Shown: one piece after another, positions 1 to 10,348 of the stretch
Layout: the number at the start of each line of letters is the position of its first letter
How positions within the stretch are numbered: position 1 is the stretch's first letter
Source: an uncultured Gammaproteobacteria bacterium
GTDB taxonomy: Bacteria; Patescibacteriota; Microgenomatia; UBA12405
NCBI GenBank assembly: GCA_964448705.1
Contig: CAYUZS010000001.1
Location: 45,601-109,600 of the forward strand
Direction of reading: 5' to 3'
DNA: 64,000 nt
Program-made: the position numbers and the translations under genes
The notes under the pieces: generated by a model
What the model saw: only the letters and a program-made list of their open reading frames with translations
Database searches by the model: none
What the model was told of the DNA's origin: nothing

Positions 1-393
1 GATTACAGCTTTTTTCAAAGTCAGCTTTTCATCTTTTTTGGGCAGATATTTAGAAACAAAAAGGTAAACCGTGGTCAACAAAAAGAAGTACGGCAAAAGG
101 TTGATGCTGCCAAAAATCATTTCTACTTGATCTTTTAGGAGAATCCCAACCAAAGCAGCGGGAAGAGAACCAATGAGAATGTAAATCAGGTTATCAAAAA
201 AGTATTTGAGTTGTTTACGAAAAAAGAAAAATACAGAAAAAAGAGTGGCAGTGTTGAGAAAAATATCGAAAGTTAATGACGGCTGAAAACCTAAAAAATG
301 TTGGGCTAAATTTAAGTGACCGGAAGATGAGATCGGCAAGAATTCAGTGACACCCTGAATAACAGCCAAAATTAAGGAGTGAAATAATGACAT
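1..393 (-). CDS. uppP: Undecaprenyl-diphosphate phosphatase (5' part; runs off window start)
   Basis: Not in ORF track. Manual translation from ATG at 393 gives MSLFHSLILAVIQGVTEFLPISSSGHL, the BacA/UppP signature (QGxTEFLPISSSGH). Confidence 0.93.
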   Translation of the reverse strand, partial: MSLFHSLILAVIQGVTEFLPISSSGHLNLAQHFLGFQPSLTFDIFLNTATLFSVFFFFRKQLKYFFDNLIYILIGSLPAALVGILLKDQVEMIFGSINLLPYFFLLTTVYLFVSKYLPKKDEKLTLKKAVI

Positions 394-438
394 GAGAAAA
401 TAGTAACATACAACTCCGTGGAAACGTAATCAAAAAGA

Positions 439-849
439 TTAACGCTTTGGAGATTGTTTTTGACGTCGGGCTTTACCACCGGTACCAACCATCCGTCTTT
501 CCCGAACCCGGGAATCAACTGTCAACAAACCAGCTGCTCTGAGAGCGGAGGTGTGTGTTTCATCAATTTTCTTAAGACAACGGGAAAGAGAAAGAACCAG
601 AGCATCCATTTGACCGGATTTTCCACCACCAATGATTTTAGCCTGAAAATAGTATTTACCTTCAGTTTCGGTGACGGCAAAAGGACGAAGATAAATTTTT
701 TCGTCATGCTGTCCCGGAAAATATTTGGAAACTTCCATTCCATTTACATGTGATTCAGATTTCCCGGTATACAGTTTAGCTGATGATACGGCAGATTTAC
801 GTCTTCCGATAGCTGCAATATAAGTGTTTTTGTTATTTGATTTTGTCAT
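439..849 (-). CDS. rpsI: 30S ribosomal protein S9
   Basis: GRRK, GGGKSGQ, GLLTVDSRVRERR, C-terminal KR. Start moved to MTKSNNK (849). Confidence 0.96.
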   Translation of the reverse strand: MTKSNNKNTYIAAIGRRKSAVSSAKLYTGKSESHVNGMEVSKYFPGQHDEKIYLRPFAVTETEGKYYFQAKIIGGGKSGQMDALVLSLSRCLKKIDETHTSALRAAGLLTVDSRVRERRMVGTGGKARRQKQSPKR

Positions 850-1252
850 TGTAAGGATGTTCTGAACCAACAAATATTTTTAATCTAGTCATCCGGTCAT
901 GTCGGAGTTTGTTTTTAGGAAGCATTCCCAGAACACCATGATGAATCACCTTTCGGGGATCGCTTTTCATAAGCTGTCCGAGGGTGAATTCCTTAAGATG
1001 ACCAGCATAACCAGTATGATGATAGTAGATCTTTTCAGTTAATTTTTTACCGGTAACCTGGATGTTTTTAGCATTTATAGCCACAACATAATCCCCAGCG
1101 TCGCGATTAGGAGAATAATCAACTTTATTTTTTCCCTGAAGAAGGGTAGCAATTTTGACAGAGATACGACCAAGAGTCTGACCGTTTAGGTCGACTAAAT
1201 GCCATTGTCTATCAATATTGTTGCCTTTGGTGACTGTGGTTTTAGATTTCAT
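833..1252 (-). CDS. rplM: 50S ribosomal protein L13
   Basis: WHLVD..GQTLGR, GDYVVAINA, YYHHTGYAG, GMLPKN. Confidence 0.97.
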   Translation of the reverse strand: MKSKTTVTKGNNIDRQWHLVDLNGQTLGRISVKIATLLQGKNKVDYSPNRDAGDYVVAINAKNIQVTGKKLTEKIYYHHTGYAGHLKEFTLGQLMKSDPRKVIHHGVLGMLPKNKLRHDRMTRLKIFVGSEHPYNDKIK

Positions 1253-1719
1253 GATTTCTTAACAGCTTTTTTAACAACCGATTTTTTGGGAGCCGGTTTG
1301 GATTTGGAAATTGCTTTTTTATCTTTAACTTCCTCTTTAACCTCAGCTTTTTTCAAAGTATAAGGTTTAACAAAAGAAAGTTTAACAATTAAAGCATCAT
1401 CACCACGGCGAATTTTGACATTCCACATTTTAGTAAAATTAGAAGTCTGGCCGTTGAATACCTCTAAGAATGAGCGGTAGACATCGCTGACAAAATTACG
1501 ATCCTGAAAATATTTTGATAATTCCCGTTGGGCATTAACAATATCTTTAGTGGTGATGGAATGAGCCAGCTTTTCAACTGTAGGAACAACAGCTTTAGCT
1601 TTAGCCTGAGTAGTTTCGATGGCACCATAGGTGAACATTGATTTGGCTAAAGATTTGAACAAAGCCTGTCGTTCATGATGATTGCGGCCGAGTTTTTTTC
1701 CAAAAATACGATGATTCAT
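1249..1719 (-). CDS. rplQ: 50S ribosomal protein L17 with Lys-rich tail
   Basis: MNHR..GKKLGR..HERQAL, IETTQAKAK, RRGDDA; follows rpoA. Confidence 0.95.
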   Translation of the reverse strand: MNHRIFGKKLGRNHHERQALFKSLAKSMFTYGAIETTQAKAKAVVPTVEKLAHSITTKDIVNAQRELSKYFQDRNFVSDVYRSFLEVFNGQTSNFTKMWNVKIRRGDDALIVKLSFVKPYTLKKAEVKEEVKDKKAISKSKPAPKKSVVKKAVKKS

Positions 1720-1722
1720 AGT

Positions 1723-2640
1723 TTATTTCCAAGAAAAATTCTTTTCCTTCAACCAATTATCAATAACTTTTAATGATTTTTCACCGACGTTTTTAGCTTT
1801 GCTTACTTCCTGACGACCACCTTTGATAAGGTTTTCGATAGTGATGTAACCGGCTTTTTTAAGAGCATTGGTAACCCGAAGCGGTAATTCAATTTCTTCA
1901 ATCGACATATCCAATCCGGAAACTGAAGGGTTGGAAGCTAAAGTGACTACTTCCTCATCAAATTCTTTGGGATCAACGATTTGAGACAAAGAATTAATCA
2001 TGTCTTTAGCGGCAAATTTAAGGGCAGTTAAAGGATTAATGGAACCATCGGTCCAAATTTCCATGGTTAATTTGTCGTAATTACTCTTTTTACCTAAACG
2101 GGTTGGCTCAACTTCATAATTAGCTTTGAGAACAGGAGTGAAGGTGGAATCTAAAATAATTTCACCGACGACATCTGTTTTTTGTTCTTTAGCTAAGGTG
2201 TAACCAACTCCCCTCTCAATAGTTAAGGAAATATTGAGAACAGTTTTTGAATCGGTAATAGTGGCAATATATTGATCAGGATTGGAAACATGACAAAGAT
2301 CGTTGCCAATAATATCCTTGGCGGTAACAATACCGGCACCTTTTTTAGTTAATTCCAGAACAATCGGTTCTTCTTTGGAATAAGTAAACTTAACTTTTTT
2401 GAGGTTGAGGGAAATATCGACCAAATCTTCTTTAATGCCCGGAAGAGTGGTGAAAAGATGATTGGCACCATCGACTCTGATTCTGGTGATAGCAGCACCG
2501 GGGATAGTGATTAACAGAATTCGTCTTAAACTGTTGCCGAGAGTGTGACCGAAACCGCCAATTAAAGGTGATAACTCATATTTGCCATAAGTGGCAGAGT
2601 CTTTAATGGCTTTAATATGAAACTTGCTGGTGTCTATCAT
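1723..2640 (-). CDS. rpoA: RNA polymerase alpha subunit
   Basis: PLIGGFGHTLGNSLRRIL, YDKLTMEIWTDGSI, alpha-CTD (IEEIELPLRVTNALK). Confidence 0.97.
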   Translation of the reverse strand: MIDTSKFHIKAIKDSATYGKYELSPLIGGFGHTLGNSLRRILLITIPGAAITRIRVDGANHLFTTLPGIKEDLVDISLNLKKVKFTYSKEEPIVLELTKKGAGIVTAKDIIGNDLCHVSNPDQYIATITDSKTVLNISLTIERGVGYTLAKEQKTDVVGEIILDSTFTPVLKANYEVEPTRLGKKSNYDKLTMEIWTDGSINPLTALKFAAKDMINSLSQIVDPKEFDEEVVTLASNPSVSGLDMSIEEIELPLRVTNALKKAGYITIENLIKGGRQEVSKAKNVGEKSLKVIDNWLKEKNFSWK

Positions 2641-2651
2641 ATATTTCTCCT

Positions 2652-3284
2652 TTATCGGGAATAGTATTCAATTATTAAATTAATATCGATTCCTTGGTTG
2701 AGATCCTCAGATGAAGGATCAGAGACGACAGAAACCGTGTATTTGGATTTATTTAGGTCGAGCCATTGAGGCGTTTTAAAATCTTTATCGGCCATACGGA
2801 TAGTATCACCGAATTTTGAAATTGCAACTTTATCTAAGGAGACAATTTCTCCATTTTTTAGATGATGAGAAGCAACATTAAGAGGTTTTCCGTCAACCAG
2901 AACATGTTTATGACTAATCAATTGTTTAGCGTGGGAACGGGAAAGTGAAAGTCCGGATTCAAAAATAACGTTATCGAGTCTTCTGCTTAAGAGAATCATT
3001 AAATTATCACCGACCAAACCTTTTAAGTTTTTGGCTTTAAGATAATAGTTTTTAAATTGAGTTTCCTGAACACCATAAATACGTTTTGCTTTTTGTTTGG
3101 CACGAAGCTGAATACCATAATCAGTCGGTTTTTTAGCTCTTTTTATACCATGCATACCAGGAGCAACAGCGCCTTTCTTTTCGATAGGACATTTAGATGA
3201 AAGACATCTGGCACCTTTAAGATAAAGTTTGGTACCGGCAGCCCGACATAATCGGCATTTGGAATCTAAGGTAATTCTTGACAT
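2652..3284 (-). CDS. rpsD: 30S ribosomal protein S4 (Zn-ribbon type)
   Basis: CRLCR..KLYLKG.RC...KC, YGIQLRAKQK, RRLDNV, IIEYYSR. Confidence 0.97.
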   Translation of the reverse strand: MSRITLDSKCRLCRAAGTKLYLKGARCLSSKCPIEKKGAVAPGMHGIKRAKKPTDYGIQLRAKQKAKRIYGVQETQFKNYYLKAKNLKGLVGDNLMILLSRRLDNVIFESGLSLSRSHAKQLISHKHVLVDGKPLNVASHHLKNGEIVSLDKVAISKFGDTIRMADKDFKTPQWLDLNKSKYTVSVVSDPSSEDLNQGIDINLIIEYYSR

Positions 3285-3288
3285 AAAT

Positions 3289-3708
3289 TTATACTCTTCT
3301 AGCTTTAGGCGGTCTGGGACCGTTGTGAGGAATCGGGGTGATGTCGGAAATCATTTCAACGTCAAAATCTCTTTTGGTACGTAGAAAACGAAGAGTGGCA
3401 TCGCGACCAACTCCGGGACCTTTTAAATAAACTTCTAATTTTTTAATACCATATTTTTTAGCAGATTCGAGTGTTCTCTCGATGGCAGTAGTAGCGGCAA
3501 AAGGAGTAGATTTTTTAGCACCTTTAAAACCACAGTGACCGGATGAAGACCAAGCAAGAGTATTACCTTTACCGTCGGTAACGGAAACGATAGTGTTATT
3601 GAAAGAGGATTTAACGTAAAGTCTGCCCTCGGCAATATTTTTATAGACCTTCTTTTTGGAAGAAGTGACTTTTTTAGAGGTAGAATTTTTGGTTTTAGTT
3701 TCTGGCAT
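3289..3708 (-). CDS. rpsK: 30S ribosomal protein S11
   Basis: SSFNNTIV, GFKGAKKSTPFAA, DITPIPHNG. Confidence 0.97.
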   Translation of the reverse strand: MPETKTKNSTSKKVTSSKKKVYKNIAEGRLYVKSSFNNTIVSVTDGKGNTLAWSSSGHCGFKGAKKSTPFAATTAIERTLESAKKYGIKKLEVYLKGPGVGRDATLRFLRTKRDFDVEMISDITPIPHNGPRPPKARRV

Positions 3709-3711
3709 AGT

Positions 3712-4131
3712 TTATTTATTGCTGGCAACTGAAGCAGCTTTTTGCTGAGTTTCAATTTTTGCCCAAGCTTCTTTAGTAAGTGAACCGACAGTTTTCTTTT
3801 TACCTTTACGGGTACGAGAATTGGATTTAGTTCGTTGACCACGAGCAGGAAGGCTGACAATATGTCGAATACCGCGATAGCATTTAATGGCTTTTAAACG
3901 ATCAATGTTTTCGCGAACTTCTTTCTTTAAATCTCCCTCGACTACAAAACTTTCCAAAGCTTTCATCAAATTACTGATGTCATCACGGGAAAAATCTTTG
4001 ATACGGGTATTAAGATCAATGTTGGCTAATTTGGCTAATTTAATGACATTAACGGGGCCGATACCATAAAAACGAGTTAAGCCTACTTGTGCTCTTTCGT
4101 TGTCAGGAATTTCTATACCAGATATTCTCAT
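3712..4131 (-). CDS. rpsM: 30S ribosomal protein S13
   Basis: MRISGIEIP, YGIG, CYRGIRH..LPARGQRTKSNSRTRKG. Confidence 0.97.
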   Translation of the reverse strand: MRISGIEIPDNERAQVGLTRFYGIGPVNVIKLAKLANIDLNTRIKDFSRDDISNLMKALESFVVEGDLKKEVRENIDRLKAIKCYRGIRHIVSLPARGQRTKSNSRTRKGKKKTVGSLTKEAWAKIETQQKAASVASNK

Positions 4132-4140
4132 ATATTTAAT

Positions 4141-4254
4141 TTAGCCCTGTTTTTGGGTATGTCTTTTAGTGGAACAAATAACCCGCCGAACACCCCTGCG
4201 GATAACAATTTTGCAGTTTTTGCAACGACGTTTTATGCTTGATTTGACTTTCAT
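4141..4254 (-). CDS. rpmJ: 50S ribosomal protein L36 (Zn-binding)
   Basis: Below ORF-track cutoff. Manual translation [37 protein letters not shown] (37 aa). Confidence 0.96.
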   Translation of the reverse strand: MKVKSSIKRRCKNCKIVIRRGVRRVICSTKRHTQKQG

Positions 4255-4269
4255 ACTTGAGACTTGGAT

Positions 4270-4298
4270 ATTGTAACCTAAAACAGCGCCAATATCAA
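4270..4298 (-). promoter_or_regulatory. Putative sigma70 promoter for rpmJ/alpha operon
   Basis: Minus strand TTGATA-17 nt-TACAAT, 15 nt upstream of rpmJ ATG. Confidence 0.6.
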
Positions 4299-4381
4299 AG
4301 AGTAAATTGCATTTTAACCGTGTTTAAGAAGAATACGGTTTTTAGTAATTATTTTATGTAACTATTAAGTATATAAAACAC

Positions 4382-4585
4382 TTAGCCGCGATAAACAATA
4401 CGGCCTTTTTCACCTTCCGGTGAGAGAACAAGTGAAACTGAGTCTCCTGCTAAACATCGGATATGATTCATCCTTAGTTTACCAGCCAGATGACAAATAA
4501 TTTCCTTATCGGTCTCGAGTTTAACCCGAAATAACTGATTAGGCAAGACTTCAGTGACAATACCACGAACAGTAGGTTCTTTCAT
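4382..4585 (-). CDS. infA: Translation initiation factor IF-1
   Basis: GIVTEVLPN..FRVKLE, HLAGKLRMNHIR, KGRIVYR. Confidence 0.96.
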   Translation of the reverse strand: MKEPTVRGIVTEVLPNQLFRVKLETDKEIICHLAGKLRMNHIRCLAGDSVSLVLSPEGEKGRIVYRG

Positions 4586-4591
4586 GAAAGT

Positions 4592-5176
4592 TTAATTAAT
4601 AATTTGATCAATTTTTTTAACAATATCGGCAAAAATAGGCTCGACAGGACGATTGCCGTCGACGTCGAACAATAAATTTTTAGAACGGAAATATTCTTTA
4701 ATCGGATCAATAGTTTCATTATAAGTTTTTTGACGGGTAGCAACGGCTTGGGGAGTATTGTCGGAGCGGGAGGAATCCTGAAATTCGGTTCCCATTTTTT
4801 CTCTTCTGGCGGCAATTTCGTCGAAGGTAAGATTGAGGTGAATTAACAAAGAAAACGGCAAATTTTTCTTTTTAAGAAAAAGTTCAATGATTCTTCCCTG
4901 ATTTAAAACTCGGGGAAAACCATCAATAATAAAGTTCTGATAGTCAATTTGAGATAAGCGGTTGACCAAAATATCAAAAACCAGATCGTCGGGAGCCCAC
5001 GTGCCGGCATCGACATAAGATTTGGCTTCAAGACCGAAGCCGCTGCCGGAAGCAATTTCTTCCCGAAGAATTTCTCCGGTCGAGAGATGTTTTAAATTAT
5101 ATTTTTCGGCGATTAACTTGGCTTGGGTAGATTTACCGCAGCCGCTGGGACCGATGATGAATAAATTTAAAGGCAT
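4592..5176 (-). CDS. adk: Adenylate kinase (short-LID type)
   Basis: GPSGCGKSTQA, HLSTGEILR, IIDGFPR; follows secY. Confidence 0.93.
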   Translation of the reverse strand: MPLNLFIIGPSGCGKSTQAKLIAEKYNLKHLSTGEILREEIASGSGFGLEAKSYVDAGTWAPDDLVFDILVNRLSQIDYQNFIIDGFPRVLNQGRIIELFLKKKNLPFSLLIHLNLTFDEIAARREKMGTEFQDSSRSDNTPQAVATRQKTYNETIDPIKEYFRSKNLLFDVDGNRPVEPIFADIVKKIDQIIN

Positions 5177-6456
5177 TAGTAAGTTAGTTTATCGTAATTA
5201 TAAGTTTGCACAACATTTTCGATTTTGCGGGTAAGTTCGATGACGACCGAAACCACGATCAGAACAGAGGTACCGCCGATAGTTAAAGCAGTGATGCCAC
5301 TGAATTTCGAGACTAAAGAAGGAGTGACAGCAATCAAACCCAAGAAAACAGCCCCGATAGCAATAACCCGATTAGTTAAATATTTTAATCTTTTTTCAGT
5401 CGCTATTCCCGGACGAATACCCGGTAAGAAACCTCCGGATTTTCTCAACTCTTCAGCAATATCTTTTGGTTTAAAGACAACTGAAGTGTAGAAAAAAGTA
5501 AAACCAATAACCAGCAAAAAGTAAAAAAGAATATAAATGTAACCATTAGTATTAAAGATACGGGAAATAGTAGTAGCAGCGGAAGCAATGGCCTGATTTG
5601 GAACACGACTTAAATATTGACCGGCCAAAGAAGGTACAGTTGCTAAAGAGACGGCAAAAATTATCGGCATAACGCCGGCGGTATCAACTTTTATCGGCAA
5701 ATATGTGGTTTGGGCACGTTTGGCATAATGAATCGGAATCCGGAGAACTGCTTCTTCAACCATAACTATGGCAAAAACCATAACTATAGCCAAAGCTAAA
5801 AAGATGATCATATTGAGGGTGTTTTGGGGATTAGAAAAATCGGTGATGCTGATAGCCTGCATGGCACTGACAGGAAAACGGGAAACGATACCAGCAAAAA
5901 TTATCATAGAAATACCATTGCCAACTCCAAACTGATTGATGAGTTGGCCTAAAAATATCATAATCATAGTTCCGGCCAACATACTGAGAACCAAAGCAAT
6001 CAGAGTAAAGGGATCAAGAGTACCGATGATATTTTGAGAATGAAGAATTCCATACATACCTAAAGCCTGAACGATAGCCAAAGGAATAGTGGCAATCCGG
6101 GTATATTGATTTATTTTAGCCCGACCATACTCCCCTTCTTTACTTAATTCTTCCAGTTTAGGGCTGACCAATTGGAGAAGTTGAAGCATAACTGAGGCAT
6201 TAATATATGGATTAAGACCAAGAGCGACTATGGAAAAATTGGCTAAAGTACCACCGGAAAAGATATCCAAAAGGGATAACAATTGATTTTGAGAGAAGAA
6301 ACTTTTAAGCAAAGCTAAATTGACACCGGGAACAGGAATATGAGCAACAAATCTAAAAAATACCAACACTGCTAAAGTTATTCCTATTTTTTGCCGTAGA
6401 AGTGGGGTTTTTAGACCTTCGATGTATAAAGAGAGAGATTTTACAATCTGATTCAT
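5176..6456 (-). CDS. secY: Preprotein translocase SecY
   Basis: [50 protein letters not shown]; about 10 TM segments. Confidence 0.97.
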   Translation of the reverse strand: MNQIVKSLSLYIEGLKTPLLRQKIGITLAVLVFFRFVAHIPVPGVNLALLKSFFSQNQLLSLLDIFSGGTLANFSIVALGLNPYINASVMLQLLQLVSPKLEELSKEGEYGRAKINQYTRIATIPLAIVQALGMYGILHSQNIIGTLDPFTLIALVLSMLAGTMIMIFLGQLINQFGVGNGISMIIFAGIVSRFPVSAMQAISITDFSNPQNTLNMIIFLALAIVMVFAIVMVEEAVLRIPIHYAKRAQTTYLPIKVDTAGVMPIIFAVSLATVPSLAGQYLSRVPNQAIASAATTISRIFNTNGYIYILFYFLLVIGFTFFYTSVVFKPKDIAEELRKSGGFLPGIRPGIATEKRLKYLTNRVIAIGAVFLGLIAVTPSLVSKFSGITALTIGGTSVLIVVSVVIELTRKIENVVQTYNYDKLTY

Positions 6457-6905
6457 TATTCTATCTTACCACCAGCAGTGATAATCAGGTTTCGAGCATT
6501 TTGAGAAAAGCCAATGCCTTTGAAGACTAAAGCTTTAGTCAGACTACCATTGGATAGAATCTTAACTTTACCGGTAAGAGTTTTTTCGGATATTTTTGTA
6601 ATCTTGGAAATAGCTTTAATGTCGACGACATCATTAGCAGAAAACATTTTTTCGAGATCGTTAAGATTAAAAACAAAAAGTTTTTTCTGGGCAAGAACGC
6701 GGTGTTTACCCCGAAGAAAAGGAGTTCTTTTGATCCAACCTTTTTTGATTTTGGTACCGTCAAAAGTAATTTTAGTTTTTCCACGAACTTTATCACCTTT
6801 AGCTCCACGACCGGTAGTGTGACCACCGACACCGGAACCGTAACCACGGCCGACACGTTTTTGTTGTTTTTTAGTTGATTTTGGAAGTTGAGTTAAGATC
6901 TCCAT
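6456..6905 (-). CDS. rplO: 50S ribosomal protein L15
   Basis: [27 protein letters not shown]. Start moved to MEILTQLPK (6905). Confidence 0.95.
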   Translation of the reverse strand: MEILTQLPKSTKKQQKRVGRGYGSGVGGHTTGRGAKGDKVRGKTKITFDGTKIKKGWIKRTPFLRGKHRVLAQKKLFVFNLNDLEKMFSANDVVDIKAISKITKISEKTLTGKVKILSNGSLTKALVFKGIGFSQNARNLIITAGGKIE

Positions 6906-6907
6906 AG

Positions 6908-7381
6908 TTATTTTTTGAGCAGATCCAAAGCCTGCATAGTAGCCCAAACATTAATTGATTTTGTTTTAGAACCAACGATTTTACTGACCACATCTTTGAT
7001 ACCAGCCAGTTCGATAACTGATCTTACAGGGCCGCCGGCAATTAAACCTGAACCTTCTTTTCCGGGACGAATAATGACAATTGCACCTTTGAATTTAAGT
7101 TTGATTTCATCGGTTATAGTGCCATTGACGATGTTAACTTCAATCATACTTTTTCTGGCTTTTTGAATGGCTTTTTGAATGGCATCGGCCACACTTTTAG
7201 CCCGGGCATGACCAACACCGACACGGGATTTTTTGTCGCCGCTGGCAACCAAAGCAGTAAAAGAAATTTGGTTTCCACCTTTAGTTTTCTTACTGACTCT
7301 TTTTATTTCGATAACCTTATCGGTAAATTCCGATTCCGGTTTATCCATATTTCTGATTTGTTTATTTTCGAAATCTGACAT
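6908..7381 (-). CDS. rpsE: 30S ribosomal protein S5
   Basis: RVSKKTKGG..ISFTALV, GSGLIAGGPVR.VIELAGIKD. Confidence 0.97.
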   Translation of the reverse strand: MSDFENKQIRNMDKPESEFTDKVIEIKRVSKKTKGGNQISFTALVASGDKKSRVGVGHARAKSVADAIQKAIQKARKSMIEVNIVNGTITDEIKLKFKGAIVIIRPGKEGSGLIAGGPVRSVIELAGIKDVVSKIVGSKTKSINVWATMQALDLLKK

Positions 7382-7384
7382 AAT

Positions 7385-7723
7385 TTAAAATTTTAGACCT
7401 TTAGCCCGTGCAGCATCGGCCAAAGCTTTAACCCGACCGTGGTATTTGTATAGACCGCGATCAAAACGAATATTGATAATATTTTTTTTAACAGCAATTT
7501 TGGCAATTTCTTCGCCGACCTTAGCAGCGATTTCTGTTTTGGTGCCTTTAACTTTAACCGCTTTTGAGGAAAAAGCAGCCAAAGTTTTTCCATGTTTGTC
7601 GTCTATAATTTGAGCCGAAGTGTAGCGATTGCTGCGAAAAACTGACAGACGGGGAATACCCAAGTTTTTAGCAATTTTGTTTCGGACACGATTTAATCGA
7701 CGTTGTTTTTGATCAGTAATCAT
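7385..7723 (-). CDS. rplR: 50S ribosomal protein L18
   Basis: [34 protein letters not shown]. Confidence 0.97.
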   Translation of the reverse strand: MITDQKQRRLNRVRNKIAKNLGIPRLSVFRSNRYTSAQIIDDKHGKTLAAFSSKAVKVKGTKTEIAAKVGEEIAKIAVKKNIINIRFDRGLYKYHGRVKALADAARAKGLKF

Positions 7724-7729
7724 AATTTT

Positions 7730-8269
7730 TTAGGCTTTAGCGGTTTTACCGGCTTTGAGCTTGATAAATTCATTAAGATAACGGATACCTTTACCTTTAT
7801 AAGGTTCAGGAGTTCTTATTTTACGAATATTGCTGGCTGTTTGTCCAACAGTTATTTTATCAATTCCGGAAACAGTTAACTTGGTATCTTCATCCAATTG
7901 AAAAAATACACCTTCTGGGGCGACAACTTCAACAGGATTAATGTAACCGGCAGTAACGGTGAGTTTATTGCCGTTGACGGCAAATTTGTAACCGGTTCCC
8001 CGGATTTCTAATTGTTTAATCCAAGGAGTGACCATTCCGGTAACCATATTGTTAAGACGGGCCCGAATAGTACCATGATTGGATTTTACTTTTTTGTCTT
8101 CCGATAAACGGGTAACAATTATTTGATTGTCTTTAATTTCGACATTAATTTTAAGAGGGATAGCCAAAGTTAAAACACCTTTAGAACCGGTGACAGTTAC
8201 CAGGCGGTTGTCCAAAGAGACAGTAACATTTTCGGGGATAGTGATGGGAAGATTTCCAATTCTTGACAT
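7730..8269 (-). CDS. rplF: 50S ribosomal protein L6
   Basis: MSRIGNLPI, PEPYKGKGIRY. Confidence 0.97.
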   Translation of the reverse strand: MSRIGNLPITIPENVTVSLDNRLVTVTGSKGVLTLAIPLKINVEIKDNQIIVTRLSEDKKVKSNHGTIRARLNNMVTGMVTPWIKQLEIRGTGYKFAVNGNKLTVTAGYINPVEVVAPEGVFFQLDEDTKLTVSGIDKITVGQTASNIRKIRTPEPYKGKGIRYLNEFIKLKAGKTAKA

Positions 8270-8275
8270 ATTTGA

Positions 8276-8665
8276 TTACCAAATTTCGGCGATTATTTCT
8301 CCACCAAGATTTTTGGCTTTAGCCTCTTTTTGAGACATAACACCGGATGAAGTGGAGACAACAATTAATGAGTTTTTGGTTTTTCCCCAAGGTAAGGCAT
8401 GCTTTTTTTCATAAACCCGACGACCGGGTTTAGAAAAAAGATGAATGTCGTAAATTTTGGGTTCTAAACCATTGTAAGCAAGAGTGACAGTGATTTCTTT
8501 CTTTAAATCATCAGCAACAGAATAATCGGAAATGTAGCCGTATTTTTTCATTACAGCAGCAATAGAAGTGCTGAATTTGGAACCAGGAGCAGTGATAGTC
8601 TTACGACCGGCACGGGATCCATTTTTTATTCTGATTAAGAAATCGTTAGAAAGTGAAAATATCAT
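8276..8665 (-). CDS. rpsH: 30S ribosomal protein S8
   Basis: DFLIRIKN, SKPGRRVY, VSTSSGVM, GGEIIAEIW. Confidence 0.96.
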   Translation of the reverse strand: MIFSLSNDFLIRIKNGSRAGRKTITAPGSKFSTSIAAVMKKYGYISDYSVADDLKKEITVTLAYNGLEPKIYDIHLFSKPGRRVYEKKHALPWGKTKNSLIVVSTSSGVMSQKEAKAKNLGGEIIAEIW

Positions 8666-8671
8666 AATTGA

Positions 8672-8857
8672 TTACCAGCTTGCTTTTTTAACACCCGGTA
8701 GGGCACCGGTATTGGCCAATTTGCGAAAACACAAACGGCAGATACCGAATAAACGAATATAGGCATGTGGACGACCACAAATTTGACAACGATTATGATG
8801 TCTGACAGAGTATTTTAGTTTTTTTGATTCTCTTACTATTTTTGCAGTGGTAGCCAT
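8672..8857 (-). CDS. rpsN: 30S ribosomal protein S14 (Zn-binding type Z)
   Basis: [29 protein letters not shown]. Confidence 0.97.
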   Translation of the reverse strand: MATTAKIVRESKKLKYSVRHHNRCQICGRPHAYIRLFGICRLCFRKLANTGALPGVKKASW

Positions 8858-8861
8858 ATGT

Positions 8862-9398
8862 TTAATTTTTCTCGAATGGAAAGCCTAGGGCGGATAATAA
8901 CATTTTTGCTTCAGGTTGAGAAGTAGCAGAAATGTTGAGAGTGATCTGAACACTTCTGATTTTATTTATTTTATCAAGATTTATCTCGGGAAAATAAGTT
9001 TGATCTTTGATAGTGAGGTTGTAGTTACCATCCTTATCAAAAGACTGGAGAGACATACCTTTGAAGTCACGAAGACGGGGAAGAACGATGTTAAATAGTT
9101 TTTCAATGAAATGGTACATTCTTAAACCACGAAGAGTAACTTTGAAAGCCAAAGGCTCGCCTTCACGAAGTTTAAATGTAGAAATAGATTTTTTGGAACG
9201 ACAAAGTTTTGGTTTTTGACCGGTGATAGAGGTGATTTCCACCTCGGCGGCGTTCAAATTTTCCTGGCTGTCGCGGCCATCAGAGACACGATAATTAATG
9301 ACCACTTTCTTGAGTTTAGGAAGAGAGTTGAGATTTCTTTTCGGGAATTCGGCAACTAATTTCTCGGCAACGTTGATTTCAAATTTATTTTTAGCCAT
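8862..9398 (-). CDS. rplE: 50S ribosomal protein L5
   Basis: [37 protein letters not shown]. Confidence 0.97.
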   Translation of the reverse strand: MAKNKFEINVAEKLVAEFPKRNLNSLPKLKKVVINYRVSDGRDSQENLNAAEVEITSITGQKPKLCRSKKSISTFKLREGEPLAFKVTLRGLRMYHFIEKLFNIVLPRLRDFKGMSLQSFDKDGNYNLTIKDQTYFPEINLDKINKIRSVQITLNISATSQPEAKMLLSALGFPFEKN

Positions 9399-9402
9399 AG
9401 TT

Positions 9403-9726
9403 TTATTTAGTAGTTTTACCGGATAACAAGGATTGACATTTTTTGCAGATCCGATATTTGGTTCCGGATTTGTCGATTTGATAGGCTACCCGAGTAGTTT
9501 TTTGACAGCTGGGGCAAACCAGGATAACTTTGGAAACTAATAGAGGACGTTCTTTCTCGATGATACCGCCTTTTTGATTTTGTTTACCTTTAAGATGTTT
9601 CTTGAAAAGATTCATGCCTTTGACGACAACTTTGCTGGTTTTAGGAAAAACACGGACAACTTCGCCGATACGGCCCTTATCTTTGCCAATCAAGACTTTA
9701 ACTTTATCAGATTTAATAATTTTCAT
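9403..9726 (-). CDS. rplX: 50S ribosomal protein L24
   Basis: KOW motif DKVKVLIGKDKG, GGIIEKE, CPSC/CKKC. Confidence 0.96.
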   Translation of the reverse strand: MKIIKSDKVKVLIGKDKGRIGEVVRVFPKTSKVVVKGMNLFKKHLKGKQNQKGGIIEKERPLLVSKVILVCPSCQKTTRVAYQIDKSGTKYRICKKCQSLLSGKTTK

Positions 9727-9728
9727 AA

Positions 9729-10097
9729 TTAGTAGACCTCTTTGGCCATGGAAGCTATCTTATTGAAGCCTAAATCTTTAACTTCACGGGCAATCGGCCC
9801 AAAAATTCTGGTGCCGCGAGGATTGTTTTGAGAATCAATAATTACGCCGGCGTTATCGGAAAAGCGAATAAAGGAACCGTCTTTACGACCAATTTCCTTT
9901 CGGGTACGGACAATAATCATTTTTACTTTATCTTTTTTCTTGACTACACCGGAGGGAATAGCATCCTTAACAACGGCCATAACAATATCACCGATTCCGG
10001 CTTGTTTATGAGAGCTACCTTTGTAGATGTGCATAACCATGACGGACTTTGCACCACAATTGTCAGCTGGTTTGATAATGGAACGTAATTGCAACAT
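9729..10097 (-). CDS. rplN: 50S ribosomal protein L14
   Basis: ADNCGAK, IRFSDNAGVII, GTRIFGPIARE. Confidence 0.97.
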   Translation of the reverse strand: MLQLRSIIKPADNCGAKSVMVMHIYKGSSHKQAGIGDIVMAVVKDAIPSGVVKKKDKVKMIIVRTRKEIGRKDGSFIRFSDNAGVIIDSQNNPRGTRIFGPIAREVKDLGFNKIASMAKEVY

Positions 10098-10099
10098 AA

Positions 10100-10348
10100 T
10101 TAGTTTTTCTTAACGATTTCAACAGTAGTAAATCTTTTTAACTTGCTAAGAGGTCGGGTTTCCCGAACTTTAACAGTGTCACCAACTTTAGCAGAAAGGT
10201 TGTTTTCTGAGTATATTTTTTTGTTTTTCTTGACAATTTTTTTATAAAGAGGGTGACGACTAGTGTAGCTAAGAGAAATGACCAAAGTGTTTGTCATTTT
10301 GTCAGAGACGACGATACCGGTAAATGTTTTTCCTGTTTTATTGATCAT
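10100..10348 (-). CDS. rpsQ: 30S ribosomal protein S17
   Basis: GIVVSDKM, HPLYKK, ETRPLSKLKRF. Confidence 0.96.
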   Translation of the reverse strand: MINKTGKTFTGIVVSDKMTNTLVISLSYTSRHPLYKKIVKKNKKIYSENNLSAKVGDTVKVRETRPLSKLKRFTTVEIVKKN

